NCBI GenBank assembly: GCA_035402825.1
Contig: DAONDZ010000004.1
Location: 8,456-72,455 of the forward strand
Direction: 5' to 3'
DNA: 64,000 nt
Source of the DNA: a bacterium
GTDB lineage: Bacteria > Patescibacteriota > Patescibacteriia > Patescibacteriales > UBA12465
The notes under the pieces are model-generated. The model saw only the letters and a program-made list of their open reading frames with translations, ran no database searches and was not told where the DNA came from. Positions 17,907 to 27,040 of this stretch are shown piece after piece. Numbering within the stretch: position 1 is the stretch's first letter; every line of letters begins with the position of its first letter. Position numbers and translations under genes: made by a program.

Positions 17907-18001
17907 ATGAGTTAGTTGCCGCCCGGTTAACCCATAATTAAACCGCCACGGCTAATATTAATCTATCTCTAGTATATCAAAAATCAGAGAATCGAACAAT
18001 T

Positions 18002-18027
18002 AAAAAACGCCCTCAAAGTGAGAGCGT
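18002..18027 (-). terminator. Terminator of HAD gene
   Basis: acgccctca/tgagagcgt hairpin followed by T-run on minus strand. Confidence 0.55.
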
Positions 18028-18034
18028 CCAGCGG

Positions 18035-18694
18035 CTAGAGTGTAGCCAATAAATTCACTAATTTAGCCGGATTATCTAAGATCATTCGGCGCGGCACCCC
18101 GGCGTCCATAAAGTCTTCAAGGTCATGAAGCAGCGAAGTGATTCCCACAAATTGGAGGGGTGGCGAATGATGACGAGCGGCTTTTAAATCGCAGGCAATA
18201 GTATCGCCGACGTATAAAGTCGTCTCCGGATGCCAACCGTTTTGCCAAAAAGAATTGAATACCCGCGGATCAGGTTTTTGAATACCATTAGCCGGAGTAA
18301 CAATGTGGCTAAACAAGGAAATATCCAAGCCCAGTCTTTGGAAATGATAATGCAATCTTTCCGGCCGGCGATTGGTGGCAATACCTAAACGATGATTCCC
18401 CGCCAAAGTCTTAAAAGCCTCGGGCAGTCCTGCAGGAATGGGAAAAATCTCCTCTTGGCAGAGGCGATAAAACTCATCCGCTAATTTATCAATGGAAAAG
18501 ACCGGCCAATTCATAAAACGAGCGGACAGCGGTATAATTTCCTTTTCCATAATTTTTCCCCAATGTTCTTTCAAGAAATAGCGGGGCGGCGGTTTCAATC
18601 CAAAATCGTTAACGGCGCGGGTGAAGTTAATCAAACCGACTTCAGTGGAAAGAAAAATTACTCCGTCCACGTCAAAAATAATATTTTCTATCAT
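18035..18694 (-). CDS. HAD-superfamily hydrolase
   Basis: Motif I IIFDVDGVI, motif IV YVGDTIACD. Confidence 0.75.
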   Translation of the reverse strand: MIENIIFDVDGVIFLSTEVGLINFTRAVNDFGLKPPPRYFLKEHWGKIMEKEIIPLSARFMNWPVFSIDKLADEFYRLCQEEIFPIPAGLPEAFKTLAGNHRLGIATNRRPERLHYHFQRLGLDISLFSHIVTPANGIQKPDPRVFNSFWQNGWHPETTLYVGDTIACDLKAARHHSPPLQFVGITSLLHDLEDFMDAGVPRRMILDNPAKLVNLLATL

Positions 18695-18785
18695 TGTCTA
18701 TTTATTTTTATGTTAATGTTCCGATTAATTGACCTTTCATTTAACCCTAATCTCCACAAAAAGTCAAAGGTCTACAAAAAACCGG

Positions 18786-19334
18786 CTATTTCCGCCGGTT
18801 ATTAGGTATCCTATAGAAATAAATCCCTAAACTCAGGACTATCAGCCCCACCAAATAGCCAACCAGAACATCGCTCAGATAATGGACGCCCAAATAGAGG
18901 CGGCTAAAACCAATGAACGCAATCAGCAAGCTAAAGGATATTAATATAACCAACCTCTGAGTATTAAAAAGTTTGAGGAGAATATAGGCTAAATAACCGT
19001 AGAAAGCCAAGGCGATGGCCGAGTGACCGCTAGGAAAAGAAAAAGTATTTTCCAAAAAAACCGCCAGAAGCGGCCGGGGCCGATGAAACCAAATTTTCAC
19101 CAAAAAAATTATGGCTTCGGTACCAACGGCTATCAAAGCCCAAGGAAGAATAAATTTTTTTCTTTTCTTTAGAAACAAAACCAAGGCTATCACTAGCCCT
19201 AGAAACAACAGGAAGCGCCAATCTCCCAGAAAGGTGATGATCGTAAATAACTTAATGCCCCACGGACTGCGATGAGCCAAAAAGAAAGTGGCGGCTTGTT
19301 GATCAAAATTATTGAGAAAAAAATTATCTAGCAT
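18786..19334 (-). CDS. PAP2-family phosphatase (undecaprenyl-diphosphatase-like)
   Basis: FHRPRP, SFPSGHS, SRLYLGVHYLSDV; multiple TM helices. Confidence 0.8.
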   Translation of the reverse strand: MLDNFFLNNFDQQAATFFLAHRSPWGIKLFTIITFLGDWRFLLFLGLVIALVLFLKKRKKFILPWALIAVGTEAIIFLVKIWFHRPRPLLAVFLENTFSFPSGHSAIALAFYGYLAYILLKLFNTQRLVILISFSLLIAFIGFSRLYLGVHYLSDVLVGYLVGLIVLSLGIYFYRIPNNRRK

Positions 19335-19341
19335 ATTTCGC

Positions 19342-19821
19342 CTATGAAACTTCGGCGATAATGACTACGTAATTTTTGCCATACTTCTTAGCGCACTTCG
19401 GACAAGTGGTATACCACATATACATCTTTTTAGTCGTCAGCCCTTTGCCTTTTACATACACAGCAAAATCCTCACACCATTTGTCGGTATTCTTGAAGCT
19501 GCCTTCATAGACCTTGCTTAAATACTTGCCAGATAGAGAAACATTCTCCGCCCCCGGTATCTCCTTGTCCACGGCTAGATAAAGATCCATATTCCATCTG
19601 GAAGTATGGTCGGATAAACAAAGATAGTCCGACACTTCCCCGCCGGCCTTCTCCACCCTTTCCATCATTCGTTTCATGACTGCACCGAAATTAAGAGGCA
19701 TAAACAAAAAAGTACAGACCTGGTCTTTGATAAAGTGCTTGTTCTCCCAATTAAACTCTTGGTTCTCCCAAAGAGCGGGATTAACCCTGGGACAACATTC
19801 TTGATCTTTTTTTGGTTCCAT
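19342..19821 (-). CDS. Hypothetical Cys-rich protein (159 aa)
   Basis: ORF tightly packed between neighbours; CC..., TTCPKCAKKYG motif; family not recognised. Confidence 0.5.
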   Translation of the reverse strand: MEPKKDQECCPRVNPALWENQEFNWENKHFIKDQVCTFLFMPLNFGAVMKRMMERVEKAGGEVSDYLCLSDHTSRWNMDLYLAVDKEIPGAENVSLSGKYLSKVYEGSFKNTDKWCEDFAVYVKGKGLTTKKMYMWYTTCPKCAKKYGKNYVVIIAEVS

Positions 19822-19834
19822 ATTGTTTAAAAAA

Positions 19835-20881
19835 TTAATCTCTCAAACACCGCACCGACATATTATAAGTTGGATCCAGGAAGTTTAAAGAAGCTATAGT
19901 ATTGTCATATTGCAACCATAGAACCGGATCATAGGGTGATGCCCAATTAGAGCCCCAATAGATTCCTCTGGTGTTAGCGGCCCAAAAGCCAGGAACAGCC
20001 GAGAACCCAGATTCATCGGTAGCGCCGGTATTAGGCGCTCCCCAAATCCCAGTACCCCCCTCAACAGTACCGGTTTGTTTTAACTTTCCGCCAGCCACAT
20101 TAGTTCCTCCCAAACCATTAACCAAAGTCGAAAAATCAGCATTGCTAGGAATATGCCAACCATCAGGACAAATACCTTGGCCGCCATTCACATTCCAACC
20201 GGGATAGCCATTAGCTTCTTCACGATTATATTGCCCGCCATACAGATTGCAATTATCACAATGCTTTTCAATTATTCCGTCATCGGTCTGGGTGCCTTCA
20301 ACACCGACATTTAAATTATCTTTCAGCCAACACTGAGAACCGATTAAGACGGTGCGATAATATCCGCCCTGATTCCTGACGGTACCGCTTTGATCATAAG
20401 GGCCGCCTTCATATTGGACCGGAAAACTCTCGCAACAATTAGTGCTTAGAACGCCCTTGGAAGTGGCGCACTTGGATCCGGATGTTAAACTGGCAACTTG
20501 ACCGCCTAAACAAAAATCCAGAGCATAACCGTTGCCACCATCTTGTTGAGAATAGACATAGCTATTATCCCCAGGCAGGCAGGTTCCGTCAGCCGGACTT
20601 GGCGCGGTGGGAATAATTTGCATATAGGTTGAAGTAGCGCCGGAAGAGGTGGAGAATATACTGCCGGTATTCCATTCTGTCGCGGTGGGATAACGGCCCA
20701 TATCGTTGAAGAATAGTTCTAGGGCGGTAGAGATCTGTTTGACGTCGGCTACCCGTTTGGCATCACGGGATTTAGCCCGGGCGGTGTTAAGAGCAATGAC
20801 AGAAATAGTCGCTAAAGTGCCAATAATGGCAATAACGACCAAAAGTTCAATTAGAGTAAAGCCTTTTTGCTTCAATTTCAT
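19835..20881 (-). CDS. Prepilin-type N-terminus fused to FISUMP (Fibrobacter succinogenes major paralogous) domain
   Basis: Start moved to MKLKQKGFTLIELLVVIAIIG (20881); C-terminus IGSQCWLKDNLN...GGQYNREEA...GICPDGWHIPSNADFSTL...GGKLK...SAVPG...SVRCLRD. Confidence 0.8.
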   Translation of the reverse strand: MKLKQKGFTLIELLVVIAIIGTLATISVIALNTARAKSRDAKRVADVKQISTALELFFNDMGRYPTATEWNTGSIFSTSSGATSTYMQIIPTAPSPADGTCLPGDNSYVYSQQDGGNGYALDFCLGGQVASLTSGSKCATSKGVLSTNCCESFPVQYEGGPYDQSGTVRNQGGYYRTVLIGSQCWLKDNLNVGVEGTQTDDGIIEKHCDNCNLYGGQYNREEANGYPGWNVNGGQGICPDGWHIPSNADFSTLVNGLGGTNVAGGKLKQTGTVEGGTGIWGAPNTGATDESGFSAVPGFWAANTRGIYWGSNWASPYDPVLWLQYDNTIASLNFLDPTYNMSVRCLRD

Positions 20882-21004
20882 ACCGAATAGAGTATTTTTA
20901 TTATATTGACATTGTAACATTACATTCTTTAATCGCAAAATCATCCTTGAATTATCTTCAATTTTATGCTAAAATTATCGTAATAAACAGCTAATAATAA
21001 TTCT

Positions 21005-21667
21005 ATGCCAAAAGAAATGATGAGCTTAGACGACCTTAAAAAGCCCGTGGATAACCCCCGAGAAGTTAGGGCCGCGGAACGCAATACCTATCTTTCCGCT
21101 TGGAAGAAGATATTTTCCCCGATAACCGCGGCGGACATCTCCCAAGAAGAAAGCCAACAAGATTCAATTCTAGAAGAGGCTGAAGCTATTAACCGCGCGG
21201 CCGACAAACTAGTCCAAGAAAAGAAGGCCGCCAACTACACCGAAGCAGTTGATGTCTTGGTACAAACTAAATTTAAGAACAAAAATAGTTTAGAAATAAT
21301 GGCTGAAGAAAAAGCTCGGGCCGCAGCGCTAAAAGTTTCCGATCTGATGAGTTCAAACCAATTTGACAAAATAGAAGGATACAGTTGGCCGGCGGGAGTA
21401 TTTAGAAAGGAGTCCCCGGTGGAAAAGAAACATGAAGAAGCGAGAGACAAAGAATTCGGCTCCAATCAATACGGAAATAGCACCTCTTGGAAAATGGATA
21501 TCTCTTGGCCCGCCGATGATCTTTTCCATCAATACAAGGATGAAATTGTAAAACAAAAATATCTGGAATTGAAAAGATTGAAGGATCAAAAATTACTAAA
21601 TGAATTTAATGCTGTTTTCTCAAATTATGTAAAGAATTTAAAAGCAAAGGGCATAATTTCGGAATAA
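21005..21667 (+). CDS. Hypothetical charged protein (220 aa)
   Basis: ORF followed by hairpin terminator; no motif recognised. Confidence 0.5.
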   Translation: MPKEMMSLDDLKKPVDNPREVRAAERNTYLSAWKKIFSPITAADISQEESQQDSILEEAEAINRAADKLVQEKKAANYTEAVDVLVQTKFKNKNSLEIMAEEKARAAALKVSDLMSSNQFDKIEGYSWPAGVFRKESPVEKKHEEARDKEFGSNQYGNSTSWKMDISWPADDLFHQYKDEIVKQKYLELKRLKDQKLLNEFNAVFSNYVKNLKAKGIISE

Positions 21668-21689
21668 GACTAACAATATTACTCTCAAC

Positions 21690-21717
21690 AAAAACAGACT
21701 ATTTAAAGTCTGTTTTT
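21690..21717. terminator. Bidirectional terminator between convergent genes
   Basis: aaaaacagact / agtctgttttt. Confidence 0.75.
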
Positions 21718-21732
21718 GTTTGCAATATTTTT

Positions 21733-22050
21733 CTATTTCATGATGAGCAAAATCGCAAAAGCTAGAATCATAAAAACAAATAAACCAATACCGGTAAAAA
21801 ACAATAATTTTACCCCCTCTTTTTTGTGGCCATCAAGATAAAGCATGAGCGGTTTTCCCAAGACCAACCCGCCGGTTACCAATGCAGAAAAAATAAAAAG
21901 CATTAAAGCGGCAACGGGGGTAACGATCTTTTGGTCGGCTTGGCCGAACCAACTATTAGCCTGGCTAAAGAAAGTGGCAAGCAAAAGTATATAGACCAAC
22001 ACACCAAGAGCATGAATCGCGCCCCACCTAATCAAAGTTGAGTTCTTCAT
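21733..22050 (-). CDS. Small 3-4 TM membrane protein
   Basis: 105 aa, hydrophobic throughout. Confidence 0.5.
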   Translation of the reverse strand: MKNSTLIRWGAIHALGVLVYILLLATFFSQANSWFGQADQKIVTPVAALMLFIFSALVTGGLVLGKPLMLYLDGHKKEGVKLLFFTGIGLFVFMILAFAILLIMK

Positions 22051-22121
22051 ACGATTTAAATAATATTAATTAATATTTTAAGGCTAAATGACCTGATACT
22101 TAATCTGGCAAAACTTTAAAA

Positions 22122-22517
22122 TTAAACCCCCTGCTTCAAAAAAATACCTAATTCTTCTAACGGCCGCTTTTCATTATCCCAGTGATAAGTTTTTATACCC
22201 ACGGATTGGGCGCTGGCAACCGCCTCAGAATTATGCTCAAAATAAACAACATCATCCACTTCCAAATTAAAATACTCTAACATCTTTTTATAATATTCGG
22301 GGTTTGTTTTTTCCGGATCATGCTTTAGCGTAAAAACTTCATAAGGCATTTTATCCAAACCAAATTTCTTGTATTGTTCATCGTTCGCTCCCGTCAGAAT
22401 AATTTTCTTATTAGGAAATCCGTCAAGCAGTTTACGCATTGGCTCAAATATCTCAAAACTTCCATTTTCGGTTCTTATAACAAATGCGTCAACCGCATCA
22501 ACCAGGATTGTTTTCAT
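22122..22517 (-). CDS. Small HAD-like hydrolase (tentative)
   Basis: 131 aa; ILVDAVDAFV, ILTGAN, VVYFEHNSEAV loosely follow HAD motifs I, II, IV. Confidence 0.35.
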   Translation of the reverse strand: MKTILVDAVDAFVIRTENGSFEIFEPMRKLLDGFPNKKIILTGANDEQYKKFGLDKMPYEVFTLKHDPEKTNPEYYKKMLEYFNLEVDDVVYFEHNSEAVASAQSVGIKTYHWDNEKRPLEELGIFLKQGV

Positions 22518-22586
22518 AAGGTTATTACACTATTTTATAATACCTTGATTATATCACGCCCTTTTAAAGCAATAAAGCTGGAATGA

Positions 22587-22991
22587 TTATTTCTTAAGTC
22601 TCATCCCTGTTTCAAATAATTCAAAACCAAATTTGTTATAGAAAGGTATTAAAAAGTCTTTATTTTCTGGCCAAGCGAATAGGCTAACCGAAATATAGTT
22701 TTTGTCTTTGGTAAAATCTAATAAATTGTTCATTATCATTTTACCTATTCCCTTGCCTTGATAATCTTTATGCACAACAATATCGTACAGCATGCACATT
22801 GTCCCATCTTCTAATATTCTACCAAAACCGACCATTTTATCTCCGTCAAAAATACTATAAACAAAAGATGATTTACTTAAAATTTCCCGCCACTTTTCTG
22901 CCCCCCTGTGATTAATCCAGCCCACTGAGTCCATGAGGGAATTTATTTGCTCGATATTTAAATCTTTTTTTATTGATTCGATTAATTTCAT
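22587..22991 (-). CDS. GNAT-family N-acetyltransferase
   Basis: VHKDYQGKGIGKMIM (Q/RxxGxG/A acetyl-CoA motif). Confidence 0.75.
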   Translation of the reverse strand: MKLIESIKKDLNIEQINSLMDSVGWINHRGAEKWREILSKSSFVYSIFDGDKMVGFGRILEDGTMCMLYDIVVHKDYQGKGIGKMIMNNLLDFTKDKNYISVSLFAWPENKDFLIPFYNKFGFELFETGMRLKK

Positions 22992-22998
22992 ATACTAA

Positions 22999-23079
22999 AA
23001 TTATATCATATTGTTCTGAGGCAACAAACTCCCTATCAAAAAAGCCCTAAAGAGGGCTACTTACAATCTGCGGAGGGGA
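22999..23079. repeat. Degenerate copy of the segment downstream of tRNA-Ser(GCU) (tRNA 3' end + hairpin + TGnTATAAT-like box)
   Basis: Shares aattatatca..., hairpin (aaagccct.../agggct) and atctgcggag with 23732-23814. Confidence 0.6.
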
Positions 23080-23142
23080 CGAGATGTAGTTAGAACAGTA
23101 TTCCATTTGTGTGAAGTATAAAAAACATACGGAACTTTTAAT

Positions 23143-23670
23143 TTAGTCCATATGAATTAGCTTCCGCTTTTTAAATTTTGGTTTTTTGCCAAATATTGCC
23201 ATGCCAAAATTAAAATATTTTTTTCCAGAAGTATCAATATCATGCCATCTGTCAGCTAATTCACTATATGTTAAATAAGTATAATTAAACGCGGCCGGAT
23301 CTTCAAAAATAATTTTATCCTTTGTGTAGCCAACAACAACCGCATAATGTCCGTCCGACCAATTTTTTTTCCAATCAATATTTTTTTTGTTAGTCCACGC
23401 CTGTAAAGCAATCATAACTGGAACCTTTTTATCAATATATTTCTTCAAATCCTGAATACTCATTTTTCCTGATTTAACTTTTAAACCATATCGACATATA
23501 ACTTCTTTAATATTTTTAATCCGAGTGCCACTCTTTGTGGTTGATTCTAATTTTATAATTTCATCCCCCCTTACGTCTAGACCATAATATACCAAAACGG
23601 ACTCGGTCGCTTTTGAACCGCAGTCATAATTATAGGTTTGACGAAGTTGTGGCAAAACAAGAAGTTTCAT
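23143..23670 (-). CDS. C39-like papain-fold cysteine peptidase
   Basis: QTYNYDCGSKATESVLVYYG (Cys), DGHYAVVVGY (His), FEDP. Confidence 0.6.
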   Translation of the reverse strand: MKLLVLPQLRQTYNYDCGSKATESVLVYYGLDVRGDEIIKLESTTKSGTRIKNIKEVICRYGLKVKSGKMSIQDLKKYIDKKVPVMIALQAWTNKKNIDWKKNWSDGHYAVVVGYTKDKIIFEDPAAFNYTYLTYSELADRWHDIDTSGKKYFNFGMAIFGKKPKFKKRKLIHMD

Positions 23671-23731
23671 TTATTAGTTACATTAAATTTTAAATCTGTT
23701 ATAAATAATCACATCAATTATTACGTATTTT

Positions 23732-23814
23732 AATTATATCACATCCCTTCAAAGAGAAAAACTTATAAACAAAAATAGCCCCTATTTAGGGCTATTTATA
23801 ATCTGCGGAGAGGA
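23732..23814. repeat. Partner of repeat 22999-23079, overlapping tRNA 3' end
   Basis: See 22999-23079. Confidence 0.6.
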
Positions 23815-23896
23815 AGGGATTCGAACCCTTGATAGGGATTAAAACCCCTATAACAGGTTAGCAACCTGCCGCTTTCGACCACTCAGCCACCTCTCC
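23806..23896 (-). tRNA. tRNA-Ser (anticodon GCU)
   Basis: Acceptor GGAGAGG/CCTCTCC, anticodon arm GCAGG-TTGCTAA-CCTGT, long variable arm, T-arm AAGGG-TTCGAAT-CCCTT. Confidence 0.9.
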
Positions 23897-23981
23897 AGAT
23901 GACATTTCCAAGTGTTTAAAAATATGGTATAATTATCATATAAAATATAATCATCATTGTCAAACGACAATTTTTTTCACT

Positions 23982-24497
23982 ATGTCTAAAAAAAACAAGA
24001 AACTGGCGGCCAAGGAAGCCAGTTTAAACCCGGAAAAAATGGCTTGGCAGATTAAGGACTATGAGCATCGCGGCCACAACAAAAAGTGGTATCTGATTGC
24101 CGGCGCCGTAGGCATCGCCCTAATAGTCTATGCTATTTTCACCCATAATTACCTCTTCGGGCTGCTCATCGTCATGGCTGGCACCCTGGTCTATTTCCTG
24201 GACCAGCAAGAGCCTTTAATTATCGATTTCAGCGTTTCCGGCTCTGGCATCCATTTCGGCCCTCGCCTCATTCCCTATGAGAGATTAAAGGACTTTGCCG
24301 TGGTTTTTCGTCCCGATGACAATATCAAGACTTTATACCTAAACTACAAGAATACTGCCCGCCGCCGCTTATCTATCCCTCTCAATGGCACTGACCCCCT
24401 TATTTTACGCCGTTTTCTCCTGAAATACTTAAATGAAGACTTAGACCGTACTGATGCTCCCCTATCCGAAGGAATAGCCAAAATGTTGAAATTATAG
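23982..24497 (+). CDS. Hypothetical 2-TM membrane protein
   Basis: 171 aa, two adjacent TM helices after basic N-terminus. Confidence 0.5.
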   Translation: MSKKNKKLAAKEASLNPEKMAWQIKDYEHRGHNKKWYLIAGAVGIALIVYAIFTHNYLFGLLIVMAGTLVYFLDQQEPLIIDFSVSGSGIHFGPRLIPYERLKDFAVVFRPDDNIKTLYLNYKNTARRRLSIPLNGTDPLILRRFLLKYLNEDLDRTDAPLSEGIAKMLKL

Positions 24498-24548
24498 CCG
24501 GCTTTACAACCCCAACTAATTCGGCTATAATTCAAACGAATTATTTTG

Positions 24549-24620
24549 GCTCTCGTCGTTCAATGGATAGGACGCAAGATTGCGGATCTTGCAATTGAGG
24601 TTCGACTCCTCACGAGAGCA
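24549..24620 (+). tRNA. tRNA-Arg (anticodon GCG)
   Basis: Acceptor GCTCTCG/CGAGAGC, anticodon arm CAAGA-TTGCGGA-TCTTG, T-arm TGAGG-TTCGACT-CCTCA, discriminator A. Confidence 0.8.
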
Positions 24621-24621
24621 C

Positions 24622-26688
24622 ATGTCAAACACTCTAGCCACTAAACTCAGCGCTCTGCATGGCGCTGGACCGACTATATCTTCCCGCCTCAAAAAATTAG
24701 GTCTGGATTCCATCCAAGACCTGATTTTTTATTTCCCCTGGCGCTATGACAATTTCGGCCCCAGGCAAATGATTGATAACCTCAAAATTAACACGGTGGC
24801 CAATATCCACGGTCATGTAGAAATGATTCAAAGCCGCCGCAGCTTTAAACGTCGTCTGAGCGTGGTGGAAGCGCTCATTAGCGACGAGAGCGGCTCCATT
24901 AAAGCCATTTGGTTCAACCAGCCTTTTGTCGCCAAGAACATCAAAACCGGCGACTATCTATCCCTCGGGGGCAAAGTCACCGAATATCACGGCCAAGCCG
25001 TCTTGAGCTCTCCGGTCTATGAAAAAACCGAATTCAACCAAGCTCCGCTCCATACTCAAGGGCTAACCCCGATCTATGCCACCACCCAGGGATTAACCCA
25101 AAAACAAATCCGCTCCTTCCTGTCCCAATCTCTGCCTCTAGCCAAAACCCTGCCAGATTGGATTCCAGAAGACATCAAAAAAGACCTAGGGCTTTTAGAT
25201 ATCTATCCGGCACTATACAAAATTCATTTCCCGGAAGATGAGAATGAACTCCGCCAAGCCAAACAGCGTTTGGGATTCGGGGAGCTTTTTCTGCGGCAGT
25301 TAAAAGCCCAGCTCTCCAAAAAATCCTGGGACTTGAGCCAAGCGCCGCCATTAATTTTTCAAAAGGATATTGTCCAAAAATTGCTCGCTTCTCTGCCCTT
25401 CGCCTTAACCCCGGATCAGAAACAAGCCGCTTGGGAAATACTGCAAGATTTAGAAAAAAACCACCCCATGGCCAGATTGCTCATCGGCGATGTGGGCAGC
25501 GGCAAAACCATCGTGGCTATCTTGGCAATGTTGAACTCGGTGAGCGGCGAAAATGTCGGCCACCAAGCGGCCCTCATGGCTCCCACGGAAATTTTAGCCT
25601 ATCAACACTATCAAAGCTGCCAAAAAATCTTGGCGGGCTGGAATCTGAAAATTGGTATATTAACTAATAGTTTCAAAGAGATAAACGGCCAAGGGGCTAA
25701 AGCGGCGGATATCAGTCTGGAATCTGATATCATCATCGGCACTCAAGCTTTAATTCAAAAGAAAGTAGCTTTCCGCAACTTGAGCCTGACTATAGTGGAC
25801 GAACAGCACCGCTTTGGCGTCAGACAGAGGCAGAGAATAACTCAACAGAAAGAAGTATTGGCTCCTCATTTCTTGTCCCTCACTGCCACTCCTATTCCTC
25901 GCTCTTTAGCTTTGGCTATCTACGGTGATTTGGATGTTTCCTTGATTCGCCACAAACCGGAAAATCGCCAAACCATTATCACTAAAATAGTGCCAGAGAC
26001 TCAGCGCCATTTAGCCTATCGCTTCATCGGCCAAGAGATTGCCAAAGGCCGCCAGGCTTTCGTCATCTGTCCCTTAATTGATCCCAGCGACAAGCTGGGC
26101 GTGAAATCAGTAACCCTAGAACATCAGAAACTGGACAAGGAAATATTTCCCGATATTTCCGTAGGGCTTTTGCATGGCAAATTAAAGGCCGAGGAAAAAG
26201 AAAAAATCATGCGGGATTTTCAAAACAACCAGATTAAAATATTAGTTTCCACCTCGGTAGTGGAAGTGGGGGTGGATATTCAAAATGCCACCATTATGGC
26301 CATTGAGGGAGCTAGTCGCTTCGGGCTGTCCCAATTGCATCAATTTAGAGGCCGAGTTGGGCGAGACAAGCATCAATCATATTGCTTGCTCTTCCCAGAA
26401 GAAGGTTCCAGCGCTAAAACCATTGACCGTCTTCAGGCCATGGTCAAATTTCAAGATGGCTTCACTCTGGCCAATGAAGATCTAAAACTTCGCGGCGCCG
26501 GCGAAATATTCGGCACCATTCAAAGCGGTTTCCCGGAAATCAGAATGGCTTCCCTATTTGATTCCGTCCTCATTAATCGCGCTCAAGAAGCGGCTAAGGA
26601 TATAATAGCTGCCGACCCAGAACTAAAAAAATATCCCCTCCTCAAAGCCGAATTAGGAGAATATGAAAAAGGATTACATTTGGAATAA
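24622..26688 (+). CDS. recG: ATP-dependent DNA helicase RecG
   Basis: Start moved from 24580 (inside tRNA) to MSNTLATKLSALHGAG; wedge domain, GDVGSGKT, DEQHRFG, TATPIPR, helicase C motifs. Confidence 0.9.
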   Translation: MSNTLATKLSALHGAGPTISSRLKKLGLDSIQDLIFYFPWRYDNFGPRQMIDNLKINTVANIHGHVEMIQSRRSFKRRLSVVEALISDESGSIKAIWFNQPFVAKNIKTGDYLSLGGKVTEYHGQAVLSSPVYEKTEFNQAPLHTQGLTPIYATTQGLTQKQIRSFLSQSLPLAKTLPDWIPEDIKKDLGLLDIYPALYKIHFPEDENELRQAKQRLGFGELFLRQLKAQLSKKSWDLSQAPPLIFQKDIVQKLLASLPFALTPDQKQAAWEILQDLEKNHPMARLLIGDVGSGKTIVAILAMLNSVSGENVGHQAALMAPTEILAYQHYQSCQKILAGWNLKIGILTNSFKEINGQGAKAADISLESDIIIGTQALIQKKVAFRNLSLTIVDEQHRFGVRQRQRITQQKEVLAPHFLSLTATPIPRSLALAIYGDLDVSLIRHKPENRQTIITKIVPETQRHLAYRFIGQEIAKGRQAFVICPLIDPSDKLGVKSVTLEHQKLDKEIFPDISVGLLHGKLKAEEKEKIMRDFQNNQIKILVSTSVVEVGVDIQNATIMAIEGASRFGLSQLHQFRGRVGRDKHQSYCLLFPEEGSSAKTIDRLQAMVKFQDGFTLANEDLKLRGAGEIFGTIQSGFPEIRMASLFDSVLINRAQEAAKDIIAADPELKKYPLLKAELGEYEKGLHLE

Positions 26689-26897
26689 TAAAAGCCGCTG
26701 GTTAAAGCGGCTATGGTTTCGTGGATATATTGCCAAATGGGCTCCGCGTTTACGAAACAAAAACGCAGAAAGAAGTATCCGGCCACCAATGATCCTACGA
26801 TTAAGAGCAGGGTCAAAAAGTCCTTGGTTACCGATTTTTCAGTAAAAACTGCCTTGACTGTATAAAGCAGTGGGGTCCGATCAAAGTTGATTTTCAT
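26583..26897 (-). CDS. Doubtful small membrane protein ORF
   Basis: One TM helix, but 3' 106 nt overlap recG and a hairpin (26693-26715) lies inside it. Confidence 0.25.
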   Translation of the reverse strand: MKINFDRTPLLYTVKAVFTEKSVTKDFLTLLLIVGSLVAGYFFLRFCFVNAEPIWQYIHETIAALTSGFYYSKCNPFSYSPNSALRRGYFFSSGSAAIISLAAS

Positions 26898-26976
26898 GGG
26901 ATAAGGCTTTAAAATGAACGAAATTAGCGAATATTAGCTGTTCTGGTTATAGCATTATTTTTTCCACAGGTCAATA

Positions 26977-27005
26977 TTGACAAAACTTAAATAATGTACT
27001 ACTAT
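26977..27005 (+). promoter_or_regulatory. Sigma70-type promoter
   Basis: TTGACA (26977-82) - 17 nt - TACTAT (27000-05), 35 nt upstream of ATG preceded by AGGAGG. Confidence 0.6.
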
Positions 27006-27040
27006 AGATAGTTATCACAAAAAACACAGGAGGCTGTACC

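Noticed and set aside
24580-24621. ORF-track start of recG at 24580, and the minus ORF 24525-24713.
   Set aside because: Both lie on top of the tRNA-Arg gene. recG was restarted at the ATG at 24622 (MSNTLATK...), and the 62-aa minus ORF is antisense to tRNA and recG with no support.
26583-26897. 104-aa minus-strand ORF converging into recG, considered as an antisense-overlap gene pair.
   Set aside because: It was kept only as a low-confidence feature. The 106-nt overlap with a conserved helicase C-terminus and an internal terminator-like hairpin (26693-26715) argue that the annotated end, or the whole ORF, is spurious.
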